A stretch of DNA of 47,727 bases, from positions 1 to 47,727 of the forward strand of contig NMRA01001153.1 in the NCBI GenBank assembly GCA_002633005.1. The letters run 5' to 3'. Shown here in pieces: positions 1 through 12,021 of this stretch. Each line of letters starts with the position of its first letter. Positions within the stretch are counted from its first letter, which is position 1. A program made the translations under genes and the position numbers. The notes beneath the pieces are model-generated. The model was not told where the DNA came from. It worked only from the letters and a program-made list of their open reading frames with translations, and did not search any database. The stretch comes from Phoronis australis. Its lineage: Eukaryota > Animalia > Phoronida.

Positions 1-230
1 TGATGAACCGAAACGTTGGATAGATATGTCGTTATTTACTTACGCGCTAATTTAAAGTTCGTGATTCTGTTCTGGCTTAAATCAAATGTGTGCACGATCA
101 CTTCGTTGTTACACGCTATGGTGACGTATTGAAATATCTCTCAATGCCTATTTTTGACAATGCTGGGGCAGCATCGGACTGAGGATCGTTTCTGTCACCT
201 GCTAATGCATCACTGCCGTCGATCTTCTTA

Positions 231-726
231 GGGCTGTTCCAGTAAAATCTGTATGGGAGGGGGGAAGGCACCTTTTTTTCGCACCCACCACCCATATTTT
301 TCATTTATTTCTTCAGCCTACCACTCGTAATTTTTATAAGTTTGAAATGCGACCACCCATATTTTTTTGTTCTTGTGGTTGACTGCACAGGCGCTTGAGT
401 TTATCTGTTCCTCCATCACCACTAACGTCATTCATTACTAAGAAAACATATGTTTCTTATATATGGTTATTAACCATCGAGAAATTCGAGCACCTGTGGT
501 TAACTGGTGTTACGGGCATGCCGATGAGGATATCGGAGGGAGTGAAAAAGTCGGAGTATTTGCAAGTTGCTTTTTTGTTTCAGTTTTTGATTCTGTGCGG
601 ATTGTTTATAAAATTTACTAAAATTACCCACCACCAAACATTTATGGCCCAATGAAACAACAACAACCTGTAAATTTTTAATTCAGTGGCCTCCCCCCTC
701 CCACACAGATTTTGGTGGAACAGCCC
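231..726. mobile_element. PIF/Harbinger-type MITE
   Basis: About 40-bp imperfect TIRs: GGGCTGTTCCAGTAAAATCTGTATGGGAGGGGGGAAGGCAC at 231, and the right end reverse-complements to GGGCTGTTCCACCAAAATCTGTGTGGGAGGGGGGAGGCCAC. TTA on both sides (228-230, 727-729) is a 3-bp TSD. Confidence 0.85.
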
Positions 727-734
727 TTAGTTAA

Positions 735-1019
735 AGGGACAGGAATCGACTAAAAACTCGTATTCGCAATGTCACACATTGAACATTCTGGTCCTTGGTG
801 GGTGTTTTTTCCGAACAGTTGCGGTGTAGTTCGCTAAAAGTGTAGGGCACCATGCGTTTGCCCATTTTGCATACTTTGAAAGGAGATTTCAATTGTTCCC
901 AAACATTTGAATGTTGTCGAGGGTTGCAGAGCTTTATTTTGTTGCAGAAAACTGAATGGGAAAGTTGCTAGTTCTTAGTATAAATGTATGTTTACAGGCC
1001 AAATCCGGGTTTGGTATCC
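735..1019. mobile_element. TTAA-flanked (Kolobok-like) MITE, copy 1
   Basis: Flanked by TTAA (731-734, 1020-1023). The body aligns by eye in inverted orientation with 23227-23511 (e.g. TTTGAAAGGA, GTTGTCGAGGGTT, TTCGCTAAAAG). Confidence 0.6.
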
Positions 1020-1474
1020 TTAAGGGACAAATTATGTTTTGACTAAAAACTTATTGTGTATTTGAAAAAGGACATCCGTTTTACGAACGAAAAAACATTT
1101 TGGGGTTATTGATGGTCGTGAGAAACTAAAGTATTAGCTTTGACCATAAATGTGTTTTGTTGGTTACATTACAACTCGCCAGATCTCTCCGTTGTCAGCC
1201 AGCCATTCGCTGAAATAGAAACCGGTGTTGCGTTGCGCTCCACCACAAGAGCGTTGGACTGCAACCGCGATTGTCTCAGTTTCGATACCTCGCTGGAGTC
1301 GATCTTGGAAAATTACTTTTGTTGTCGATAATACCGTGACCCACACAAACGCACTTTCAGTTTGACAGCCTGAAATTCAAAGCAATCCCTTTTCAGGCCC
1401 GTAGGAAGGAAAAAAAATATTGGGGGTGTGCAAAAACCAATTTGACTTCACCAACCTTCCCCCTTGCTATTGTC

Positions 1475-1971
1475 ACGCGCGAAATCTACTACTTTTTTAA
1501 TGCTTATTACACTTTTTCTATTTTGTGCAATCATTTCGTAACAAAGTTGTACTTAAAATAGTCTTTACAGTGTAATTGCCCAAAATCCCAAATCCGTTTT
1601 TTGTTGGCATTAATCATGGACGCGAGGTTTGACAAAGAGAATTATGAGTTTCTGAGTTATTGACTAAGGCTTCGATTAAAATTCACATCTTACCAGCAGC
1701 TTCTGTTTTTAATTGTCACTCTGATAACATTTTCTTTAAAAAATGAAGTAATATTCTTCATTGCACAGTGAAGCAGACTTGACAGAAAAGGAGTCGTAGT
1801 GCGCAGCGCCACTACCGGTCGCCTGGGATATCGAGGGAGAGCCTATACTTAGCCATAGTTCCGTTACGATTGCGCCGTGTTTCCACTTTGATATTTGAAA
1901 TTGGATCTGAGCCCCGGCGCACGGCCAAGGGAGGGGGGCGGGTCCCATGGGATCCCCTAAATCCGCCTATG
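1475..1971 (+). mobile_element. Left-truncated copy of the 3936-4887 MITE
   Basis: Long near-identical blocks shared with 4290-4887 (e.g. CTAAGGCTTCGATTAAAATTCACATCTTACCAGCAGCTTCTGTTTTT) and the same right end CCCTAAATCCGCCTATG. Confidence 0.8.
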
Positions 1972-2125
1972 TGGGTACAGTCGTTCGGCATATACACGGT
2001 CACCCAAGGGTAGCCTCGACAGGTGTTTTCCACGTATGGGAATTCCTTACAAACAACTCAGTAACCATCTTCAAAAGAGATACTGAAATTCGAATCAGAA
2101 TTTCCCTCGTGAATACTTGGCAGTG

Positions 2126-2381
2126 CATGCACGCACCCGGTGTGGGTCTCGGGGCGGTCCAACGAACCCCCCCCCCCCCCCCCCCCGTTTGGCGAAGTGG
2201 GCAAAAATGTCCTCCTCAGAGGAACAACAAGTCCTAGAAAACGAGACAAAAAGTCCACTAAAAGAGCGCAAACGCACAATTCACAGCTCTGGACGCGGTA
2301 CCCCGTTTTCTCTTCGTTTTTTTGGAGGTAAAATGTCCACATCGTCGAGCCCCCCCATATTGAAGGCTGGGTGCGCGCATG
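2126..2381 (+). mobile_element. MITE with 5-bp TSD (CATGC-GCACCC family)
   Basis: TIRs CATGCACGCACCCGG / CTGGGTGCGCGCATG; TSD CAGTG (2121-2125, 2382-2386). Homologous, in inverted orientation, to 34784-35032 and 38995-39236. Confidence 0.85.
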
Positions 2382-3483
2382 CAGTGTCGGATATACATGT
2401 AAAGAGGGACAAAGGGACATTTCTCCGAACTGCTCCACCGAGAGAGGGTACAGTCTGAAATTAGACACCTTAGTATGAAAAGCTAAACATCATTAAGCTT
2501 GGAAAAGAGTGACAGTTCATTCCACCGTCGTGTGGTCTGATGACGGCGCAAGAAGTGACCTTCTTCAACATTAAAAATGGTTGCACGATTTCACAAAAAA
2601 AAAACAGGAAAATAGACGTAATTGAGTCCAACATTGGGTCCTCTCTCCTTGAGTGTACCCTTAAGAGTTTGTCTATAGAAATATAAAAACAGTGGTCACT
2701 TAAATCTCATCAATGGCCTCCTTCAGACGTGGGGCACCTCTATGCGAAAATATTTATATTTTCATGAAATGTGCAGCAATTGATGATATCTGTCAAGATA
2801 TCACTTCTTCTCAAGTGATATACAATTCCAGAAAAAAGAGACAGTTGTCCCCGTTATCCCTTGCCGGAGAGGCTCTCTGGAAAAATATAGCCTAGGTTTT
2901 GCAGTCGCAAAATTGACTTACTGAATTCGAATATCCAGTAAATTAATACGATTCGCTTTACAAATTGTGTCGATTTTTCCAAATATATGCATGAATAATT
3001 AGGTGAACGTTTCCAAGTGCATTTAGACGATCTGTACTGCAAAAGCGGAGACCCCAACAACATTGTCCTGGCCAAGGTCCTCAAAAGGTAAACCATGCAC
3101 TGATACAGAGTTCTTAAATGTTATCTTGAGTTTTCTCTCATATCTGCACTTAGCATTCTTTCTTTTCTCGACTGCCCCTGCCCCACGCATGTGTCCGGTT
3201 GCCACGGTTTAACCCTGACGCCTGAAAATTTTTGGGGGCCCGCGCCCCACCACCACCCCCCGCTTCCTACGGCCCTGCTTTTGCGCGGATTCAATTATCT
3301 CTTCTAGAAAACCACCGATTCGTGACGTACATGTAGTCAGGTGTCGATCATTTCCTCTGTGATGACGAGAACGATTGGTAAATGTCATTGAAACCTTTCC
3401 ACTTCGTTATGCAAGACTTTGAAGAATATCAACATGTGTAAGAAACAAATATCTCATTTGAATCTTTTTAACATATAACATTT

Positions 3484-3484
<1 letters not shown>

Positions 3485-3522
<38 letters not shown>
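3485..3522. repeat. (TAA)n microsatellite, about 12 units
   Basis: Read directly from the sequence. Confidence 0.95.
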
Positions 3523-3626
3523 GAATTACGAGTCCACTTTCTCATTCACTCGGCAACTCAGCAGTGACGGTTCATGACGTCGATCACACTTTCGATACCA
3601 ATCACAGCCGTTAACCGTCTTGAGCT

Positions 3627-3912
3627 TCAAGTGATCATCTTTAAAACTCCTTCGATGTTCTTTATAACTGGCAATATGTTACGTGGCCTGCATTTAACAT
3701 CATCCGATCGACACTGCAGTCCGACAAGCAGGAGGTTATCCATTGCTTCCTTGTAAATGGCGGGAATATCTTCTTCAAGGGCGTCACAAACGCCTAGAAT
3801 GCTTTCCCCAAATGAATAAACATCCGAGCGTACAGATGTTAACTCCCCGTTGTGCACTTCTGGTGCCAGGTGGTCACATCGTACGTTGCTGCCTGATGGA
3901 ATGGCGCCGTAG
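3627..3912 (-). pseudogene. Protein kinase gene, last exon (subdomains VIII-XI)
   Basis: AG acceptor at 3914-3913; phase-2 join with exon 10899-11419 gives ...KKGFC-YGAIPSGSNVRCDHLAPEVHNGELTSVRSDVYSFG...CRP...KMIT*. APE and SDVYSFG kinase motifs are present. Confidence 0.85.
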
Positions 3913-3935
3913 CTGAATAAAAAGACATGTCAGTA

Positions 3936-4887
3936 CAGTGGCGGATCTAGGATATCACAAGGGGGGGGCCCAACATCTGTCCGGCTGTAAGCATTTGCGC
4001 AAACCACGATTGTAGATGCGCATAGCACCGAATGGGGGGAGAAACAGAAAAATTTCCTGGGCGGGAGGGGGGCAAACCCCCCTACCTCCTCTAAAAATCA
4101 AGCATTTTCCTTGATTTCTGATGTATTATCCAAGAAAAGAAGGAAAAAAAAACAGGAAAAATCGCGACTTTCACAGGCTCGAACTCAGGACCTGGCTGAA
4201 AGGACGCGCGTGCTTTGCCACTACACCACCACGATTTCACTGACAAAGTTATACTAAGAGACCTACTTGTTTATGGTCCACAGCGTTTGCGCGCGAAACC
4301 TACTTCTTTTTGTTATGCTTATTACACGTTTTATATTTTGTGCAATCAAATTTGTTGTATTTAAAATAGTCTTCAAATGCCCAAAAGACTAAATCCGTTT
4401 TTCGTGTTGGCAATAATGACGGGATTGCTTTGGAAATCGTCTTAAGTTAAGGTTTGACAAAGTTTCTGAGTGATTCACTAAGGCTTCGATTAAAATTCAC
4501 ATCTTACCAGCAGCTTCTGTTTTTTCATCGTCACTCAGGTTCCATTTCTTTAAAAAATGAAGTAAATTTTCTCCATTGCACAGTGGAGCAGACGACGGAA
4601 ACGGAATCGTAGTGCGCAGCACCACTGCCGGTCACCTGGGATATCGCGGGAGAGCCTACACTTAGCCATAGTTCCGTTCCGAATTCGACATTTGAAATTG
4701 GATATGAGCCCCCCCCCCAAACACTAAAACTGCACACATTTAAATCTTTTTTCATCCGTATAATTTTAATTACCGGGGCAAATTAATAAACTTAACGTTT
4801 CCCTACGCTCTTGCTGTTTTATTTTAAGTTTTTGCGCCAGCCAAGGGAGGGGGCCGGGCCCCCTGGCCCCCCCTAAATCCGCCTATG
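3936..4887 (+). mobile_element. MITE with 5-bp TSD (CAGTGGCGGATCTAGG family)
   Basis: TIRs CAGTGGCGGATCTAGG / CCTAAATCCGCCTATG; TSD CAGTA (3931-3935, 4888-4892). A second, partial copy lies at 1475-1971. Confidence 0.85.
4171..4232 (-). other. tRNA-derived segment (Pol III A/B boxes) inside the MITE
   Basis: Minus strand reads GGTGGTGTAGTGGCAAAGCACGCGCGTCCTTTCAGCCAGGTCCTGAGTTCGAGCC, with A-box-like TGGTGTAGTGG and B-box-like GTTCGAGCC. The anticodon arm and acceptor stem do not fold cleanly. Confidence 0.55.
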
Positions 4888-6638
4888 CAGTAGTAAAAAG
4901 CACATTGTTAACAAAATAGCTACTGCGTCAATTACAGTGTATCGTTTACAAGAGGCCCATGTCTTGGCTACATATAGCAACAAAAACATTGTTCTGTCAA
5001 AGCAGATGATCTTTACTTGATTAGACGACCGCCAAAAAACTGACGTGTCGCCTGTTGCTTAGTAAGTTGAGAAATTTCTAATGTGGTTATAGAGACTCAT
5101 AATTTGTTTTTCTTGAACACCAAATTGAGCACACGAAGTAACCAGCCGTGACAAACATGCTTATAGTCTGGTTTTAAGTACTGATGCGAAGTGTCGGTAA
5201 ATTCTCAATCCAGAAATCATCCATTTTAACTCACTAAGACATTTCATAACGGTAGGTAGGTAAATTCAGCAGTTGGGTTCAAAAGTCGGACCCAAGATGT
5301 TTACGCATTCTCAAACTCACCCAGTAGTCATTTCGATTACATCCATTTTTGCTTGTGTATTAATAAGCGCTATGGGGGGGGGGGGGGGGGAAANGATCAC
5401 GCACTTCCCAACCACTGGGTTGGCTTCGGTGATTAAACGTTTTGTCTTATAACCAGTTTGCCGGTTATCAAATACAACGCCGAGGACTTCTCAGAGTCTT
5501 GCTTTGAAGGTCAAGAAATGTTTGGCCATTCCGTTTGGGCACCAACCCAAACCGTTTTAAGTCTAGCCAACCAGCTATTTGGGTGCTCCCATCTGGTTTT
5601 GAGGTACACTATACCCCGGCATCGCGTTTTAAGGTCCGACTACAAATTGAGTTCTACAGTCCGGACAGTGGGTTTTAAACCCATTCCCAGTAAACATGCA
5701 GGTACTGGGCCAATACTGGCCCTGAAATGTCTTCTGTATTGGCCCAATGATGTAGGCCAGTACTGGCCCAATAACATTCTGCACACCTTCCCCATATTGG
5801 CCCCGGTACAACATTGCGGTATCGAGCCAGTAAAGGACCAGTACCACGCCATTACTGGGCCAGTACACCAATTACCGGTTTCGGCCCTGTAAAGGGCCAG
5901 TATTGACAGACTGTGTTGGCCCAGTACAGGGCCATTGATGGGTTCATATTAAGCCAGTACACTAGCTGTGACTTACAAGAAGAAAAGACTCTTGTTCTTT
6001 AATACTTTTATTACTATGAAACTGCTCAGGTAAAATACTTACAAAAAATTATGAATTATATAAATAACAACTAAGAAACTAATAATTTTTAACAAAACTG
6101 TCTTGGTCTTATTAGTGGACTGGCAGCTTCACACAGTCTTCGCCCTTCCTCCCTGTCTCCAGTGTTTCGGAACATGGTGCCTCTTTTACTATAAAGCTTG
6201 CATTAGCATTACTGTGCTCCTTGACCACAATCCCTGAAATAAAACAAACCCTGCTTAGTATCTTAGAGTACAAACTAAAAGACTCCACTATACATTTTCT
6301 AGATAAGTTATCTGTTATGCATAATAAAAATTACCTAAAAACACTGTATACCATTCCAACAAGAAACTTATTTGCAATGTATAATCTGCAGGATATAAAT
6401 GTTTCACCCTTTCTTAACACAAGTATTACAGCTGGTGGTAGGACTTCAGATTCTTGTAATAAATATTTTCATAAACGACTTTTTATTCATTCCCTTTCTT
6501 CCCAAAATGTCTATTGTCTATTTTGTTACCATTTTTAAATTCCTAAAAAATACTTCACAATCTTTCAAAAAGTCTTATGAGCATCAATTGATGGTTTTGC
6601 TCTGTGTTTACACACAATTGACACTGACGTGACCTTTT

Positions 6639-7089
6639 CAACTTTGTCCCCAAGCCTCAAGATGTCCTTATGGGTTTAGCCATTTGAGGCTTGGTTATAG
6701 GAATTACTTTCTGCACAATGATTAACCGATGCCTTGACGTCATTGAACAAAGGCAGATGGTAATTATTTTCACATTGCAGCCATTCATGCGACAGAAGGC
6801 ATTGTTTTAGTTATTGTCTGAAGTAAAGGTTGTACTTATTTTTCAATTCTTATTTATGAATAGTATTAATGTGTTTTTGAAACAAAATGCACCATTTTTG
6901 CAATAACTTAGATCTAAATTGCTACAATATATCATTAGTTTTATTTTTATATAATACTGCAGAAAATTTCGAAATTACTTGTGACATTCCGACAATTTCT
7001 GTGAAAATTCTGACACATTTCATTTCCCAATACCAAGCCTCAAATGGCTTAACTGATCAGCACCATCTTGAGGCATGGAGACGAGGCTG
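6639..7089. mobile_element. Small TIR element (about 65-bp TIRs, each with an internal palindrome) nested in the EnSpm-like element
   Basis: The reverse complement of 6638-6703 aligns with 7024-7090 (ACCAAGCCTCAAATGGCT...CATCTTGAGGC-TGG-GAC). The interior is AT-rich. No clear TSD. Confidence 0.55.
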
Positions 7090-8569
7090 AGTATCCCTTC
7101 TATTGAACGATACCGTGCGTGCACAAGGTCAGCAATGTTGTCAAAGAAGTAAACGCAGCAACAAAACGGGGATTGTTTACGTTTCATAAGATAACCAATA
7201 GCCTGCATTGTTTCGGATTTTGATATTTGGGCATTTGGAGTTTCATTGTCAAAAAACTAAAATGAGATAGAACATGTAAACTGGGCACATAAAAATAGAT
7301 GGAGGTTCATAACCATCTTTAAAGCCCCACAGCACAGTTTCGGAGGTCGAATTCAAACGTAAGAAAAGCAACTTTGCATGGGAGAAACCGGCTACAGAAG
7401 CAAATTTTCAAGTTCACTTCATCCCTAGATCAGCTATGTAAACTTTGAACTTAACTAATTTTATGGAGAAAGCCTTAATAAGAGTTACGCAAATAAACAA
7501 AAAATTCAATCAAAGAGGAACCCCCCCGCAATGTTCTCAATTTTTCTATACTAGCAGGTGTTTCATGAAAACTGATGTTCAGGGGCTACTTTCAATTGCT
7601 TAGCTTGAAATATTCTTTGTTATCATACTTTAAAAAGTCAGATAGAGTCATGCTGGCGTGAAACTGGCAAATATAAACCAGACACCTGAGTTTATCTGTT
7701 CCTCGATCACCAATGAGGTCACTCACTGGGCTACATATTAAAACATAAAGGTTGGACTTTAAAAAATGGGTTTGCTCAGTATTTTCTACTCAAATGTACA
7801 TGGAACTAAACGAAATCAACACCAAACAATTTTTTGAATACGTTCTTTCACTTTATCATATTAAAACTGCCTTCAAGAGGTGATTTACAAACAAAAATTT
7901 CAAGCCCATCAAGGTTATTTTTTGACGTTCATGGCAGATCACTGTCATACAATCCGGATTTTTCATAAATAGTGCCGAAGCAATTCCGAAGCTCTTGTTT
8001 TAGTCCGCCCACGAATGCTAGTTGAGTGTCGCTTACATAATTTAATTTTGCTTTGAATGTATTTAAACTCTGGGTTTATAAAATGACCTTGTTTAAAACC
8101 AAAAAATCCCTAACTCAGTATGTTACCACTTAATTACACCAAGTCTGCCAGACACAACTTTTTGAAAAAGACACACTTTTTATCATCAGGGGCACCCAAA
8201 GGGCCCTGGTTCAAATGTGATCAGGAATATCCCTGTTTATGCAACACCAGTCTGAGGGAGGTGCACACAGATTTTACTTGGATTTAGAACAGTTGAAGCT
8301 GGCAGCCTAGGCTTGGCAAAATTTTAGTTTCCAACCTTTATGTTTATTGTTTGGTTAACTTATGGGTCATCGGGGGAAATTCCCCCGCCCCTGTTGTAAA
8401 TCACAGGCATCCTCAACTTCTGATCATCCTCAATAATAGGCCTACCACAAGGCATGACACTCAGAACTAGGAATTCCATGAGTGCTTCACTTCACACAAA
8501 AATCGATCGTCCCAACCTTTTTATATTATAGTGTATTTGGGGCGGTCAGACACAGAGGCCGAGGACGCC

Positions 8570-9820
8570 TGTGGTTTAACTCAGACGTCCTCAGCTTCTG
8601 ATCGTACCCAATACACTATACATACCGGGTATATACCACACAGTAAGACACTCAGGACTAAAAATTTCATGTGTGCTTTACTGGGTCACTACAGCTGTCC
8701 AAATCAAATGCAAAACTCAATAAATTTACACAAAACAAGGGTTCGGCAAACCATGAGCAATTCAAAGGTGTCCTCATCCTCTGTATATAATACTACAAGG
8801 TATGACACTCGGGACAAGGAATTCCACTTTCCACGGGTGGTTCACACAAAACTGAACAGGGTCAAACCTCTAGCAACTGTTCTTTTTTCTAATACCATTT
8901 AAGGTGTCCTGCTCCAGCGAGTTCGCAAAAAATCTACAGTCAAAGCACAAAAATGTTCCCAAAAAGCCGATGCGTATATATAGAGTTAGGGTGAGCAAAC
9001 CAATATGGCGGAAATTCAGCAAGAGAGAAATTTTGCCATTTTTCATGATATTCACAAGCTCATATCTATTATAATACTGCGTGGTGGAAAATGAAAAGTA
9101 TGCCAGTGAAATATTTAATTTTTCTTCTTTCTAAGTTGCTCCATTTTTAAAACACCACTTTTTCAGCTTAGCTTCAGGGGCAAAAAAGTCCTCTCACAAG
9201 TTGAAAAAAACTCTAAGTCGATGGTGAATTTTTCAATTTTTGTTTTCTTGCTCGTGCGAAATATAATAGTTTGTGGTTTGGTGCCGATGGCATCTTCTTA
9301 ACCTACTTGTAAAAGACTCTCTTTCTTGTTTTAGGAACACACTAAGCTATGATTTCCTACATATTATAGTTGTCTAAACTTGACATTTTCTGTTGCCTGA
9401 AATTTCAGGGTGCCGTTTGCTAAAAAAGGCCATTCTTGAGGCTCTAAAGTTTAAATAACTGGAGAACTGCCCAACCGATTTGTGAATTTCAAAAAGTTTG
9501 ATACCTGGCATGTCTAAACCTCTCATTTAACACTCATTTCAAGTGTTTGTGATGAAATTTATATTTTGGTTTGCTCACCCTACAATGTAGTGTAGGGGAC
9601 GATCAGAAGCTGAACCTGGCTGTGGCTGGAGCAGGACACCGTAAATGCTACCAGGAGAAAGATATATTGCTCGTGGTTTGTTGGACTCCTGTTTTGTGTA
9701 TATTTATTGAGTTTTGTGTTTGATATGGGCAAATCCCGAGTGTCATATCTTGTAGTACATTGTAATTTGTATGCCTAGTTTGTATTGGCGACGACCAGAA
9801 GCTGAGAACGTCTGTGGAAT
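8570..9820. repeat. Degenerate long inverted repeat (8570-8920 vs 9590-9820), fold-back-like element
   Basis: Several blocks match in reverse complement: CAGACGT-CTCAGCTTCTG, CAAAACTCAATAAAT-TACACAAAACA, TACTACAAG-TATGACACTCGGGA and GGTGTCCTGCTCCAGC. Confidence 0.6.
8989..9580. mobile_element. TA-flanked MITE (Tc1/mariner-like)
   Basis: Perfect 15-bp TIR GGGTGAGCAAACCAA / TTGGTTTGCTCACCC with TA on both sides (8987-8988, 9581-9582). Confidence 0.7.
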
Positions 9821-10898
9821 AAATCATGTTTTGTATACTCTTACAGACACTGGCATGGCATGCAAAGTGTACAAATATTAAACTTACCAGAAATCTGAAG
9901 TTCAGTGTGAAAATCCTTCACTATTCTGTTACACACGTTGGTTTCAAACTCTAAACGTCTCAAGTGTTCTTCAACGGAAATTTCAAAATGGCGGTTTTTT
10001 CATGAAGGTCATCTGGTGAAAAGTTTTCTTCAAACAATAAAATTTCACTATAATACAGCTGCGGGTAGTTAATTTCTTGATGAACATGAAAAGTTTTACT
10101 GTCACACATCTGACTTTTAAAAAAAATCAAAAGTTTTAGCCCTCCAGTGGGCAAGCCTCTAACTGCCCTCTTGTGTTCAAGTCTGTGTTTACCGGTCCAA
10201 TACCGGCGAGCCGCTAAGGGAAAGTTCACTGGGTTAGTGTCGTGGGGACGGTACTGGGCCATTCCTGGCCCAGAAACGTAAACCGGTATACGGTACAAGC
10301 GTTATCAAGCAACAGTTATTCAGTACTGGGCCAATACTGTCATGTTTACTGGGTTATACACGGTAGGCTTACTCTCGAAACTTTCGCCATTTATTTGCGT
10401 GGTATTGCGTAATTTTGATTTTTCGCTAGATTCCTAGGTCTACCGAACGTACCCAAAGCTGAACAGGATATTGTTACCAATTTTAGCATTGCGACACTGA
10501 TTATAATCACATTTCATCTATAGAAATGTCATAGTTGTGACATTTGGTAGCCTATACATGTATATGATTCTTTTCGTACAGTAGGAATACGAACGACCTT
10601 CTGACGGTTTAGTTTAAACGAGTAGACCAAGTACATGTACATGTATATAGCAAGTGCAAGCTCTTTAGTGTGCACGTCACAGTATTAATTTTGATGTATT
10701 TCATATTTGCTGCTTAAGGTTGTTGAATCCTAGTCGACTTGCATTTTTGGTTGATTTAAATTGTTTGGTGTTGAAACTACACGTATACAAGATTTTACCG
10801 AATTTTGATTTTATCAGATTGTTCTGGGAATAATGCGATTGTTGATATCCCAGAGAATACAATGACAGGCGACGCTTGTTCTTAACAAATCTACTAAC

Positions 10899-11419
10899 CA
10901 AAAGCCTTTCTTTGGGGTTGCATGACCAAAATCAATCAATTTCACTTTGTTGGTTTGTCGTTCCACCATGACATTGTCGGCGTGGAAATCATTGAGTAGT
11001 ATATCGTTTCTATGGGCAAGGTGAACTGCTTTCGCGATTTCCATGAATACGTTTACAATTTCTGGGATCGGCAGCGACACCGGCGGTCCAGTAACGCATT
11101 ATCAAGGTGGTTGTCTATGTAGTCTGCTAGTGTCAAACCATCTATAAGTTCCATTACAAGTCCAACTATCGGTTGGTCTTCGTCGTCAGCCGTTGGTGTC
11201 AGATACAAGCCAAACGGTTCGGGGACACATTTGTACCGAGCAAGGGCCCGTAGACATTGGTATTCCGTGTTAGATGTTGACTTCACGTCGCCGCGCAAAT
11301 AGTTCTTAACACACGCCTGTTGCTCAGTTCCCGTAGCGTCATTTACGTAAGTTCCAGCATACAGTGTGCCTGAAGCTCCTTCGCCGACTACGGTATAATC
11401 CCCATCTTTTATTTTGTAC
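10899..11419 (-). pseudogene. Protein kinase gene, exon with subdomains I-VII; 1-nt frameshift near 11085
   Basis: AG acceptor 11421-11420, GT donor 10898-10897. Encodes VGEGASG (Gly loop), ACVK, E (alphaC) and LVMELIDG, then after a frame change HRNDILLNDFHADNVMV and KLIDFG. The 521-nt length is 1 nt short of a phase 2/2 exon. Confidence 0.85.
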
Positions 11420-11539
11420 CTGTAAAAAAGGGAAACAGTTACGTGTTTAGCTAGATGGATACTGAATTTCGCTCCAATTTTGCGAATAGGTCCCCCGCCA
11501 TTACATCAAAAAAAAAACAAAAAAAAACGCACGAATCAG

Positions 11540-11748
11540 GGACCCGTTCCTAAAAATTGACTCACGAAAGACAAATCAACAGTAAATTGGTCTCAAGGCC
11601 GTTGCAAGAAAGAGGTCTTAAACTTTACTTAAATTTATACTTACATTCTGTCTTCATTTTGATTATTTTACCGAATGTGGAAATTGAAACAAACCTTAGA
11701 CTTTAGTTAATCTAATATCAGTTTAAGTCAGTTGGTTGGAACCGGCCC
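11540..11748. mobile_element. Harbinger-type MITE
   Basis: TIRs GGACCCGTTCC / GGAACCGGCCC, TSD CAG. Related to 25591-25820. Confidence 0.6.
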
Positions 11749-12021
11749 CAGGTCCATCAGCTTACACGATGCTTGGAGCTGTTTTTTATGGAGGGGAAGG
11801 GCTTTCTTATGTGATGCCCGGAACCTCCTATTCATCCTAAGCCTGTGTATGGTGTGTGCTGAGTTTGATATCTGTTAGATTCGTACATTTATCTTGAGAA
11901 TCTGTTATTGCTCTTACATGTATTTATTGGCACCTAGTTATTGAAACTCGTACTTTAACACGAGATACACGTAAAGTTCCTTTTTCTTTCAATCAGTGAG
12001 CCATGAAAATTGAAAGCTTAC

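Larger units (their letters stand above)
1394..3277. mobile_element. Non-autonomous DNA transposon with 5-bp TSD, containing nested MITEs
   Basis: TIRs CAGGCCCGTAGGAAG / CTTCCTACGGCCCTG (14/15 match). CTTTT directly flanks both ends (1389-1393, 3278-3282). Confidence 0.65.
5686..10353. mobile_element. EnSpm/CMC-like non-autonomous DNA transposon (4.67 kb) in the kinase intron
   Basis: Perfect 13-bp TIR CCCAGTAAACATG / CATGTTTACTGGG with TT on both sides (2-bp TSD). Many subterminal (CAG)TACTGG(G)CC repeats in both orientations at 5700-5960 and 10195-10340. Confidence 0.75.

Noticed and set aside
1947-2468. Overlapping ORFs with poly-Pro/poly-Gly
   Set aside because: They arise from the C-run inside the 2126-2381 MITE and show no protein features.
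5458-5892. 144-aa ORF and antisense ORFs with YWP repeats
   Set aside because: Translation of the subterminal TACTGGCC repeats of the EnSpm-like element.
6645-7085. Two pre-miRNA-like hairpins (CCAAGCCTCAA...TTGAGGCTTGG) at 6650-6694 and 7033-7078
   Set aside because: They are the two inverted ends of one 450-bp element, similarity extends through the loop and flanks, stems are short, and I recognise no miRNA seed.
397-7730. About 40-bp similarity between 397-440 and 7689-7730 (GAGTTTATCTGTTCCTC-ATCACCA)
   Set aside because: Short dispersed-repeat fragment, with both copies inside transposons; no structure or boundaries to interpret.
11053-11100. Programmed ribosomal frameshift in the kinase
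   Set aside because: No slippery heptamer at the frame switch, and other frameshifts in the same gene point to decay or sequence error.
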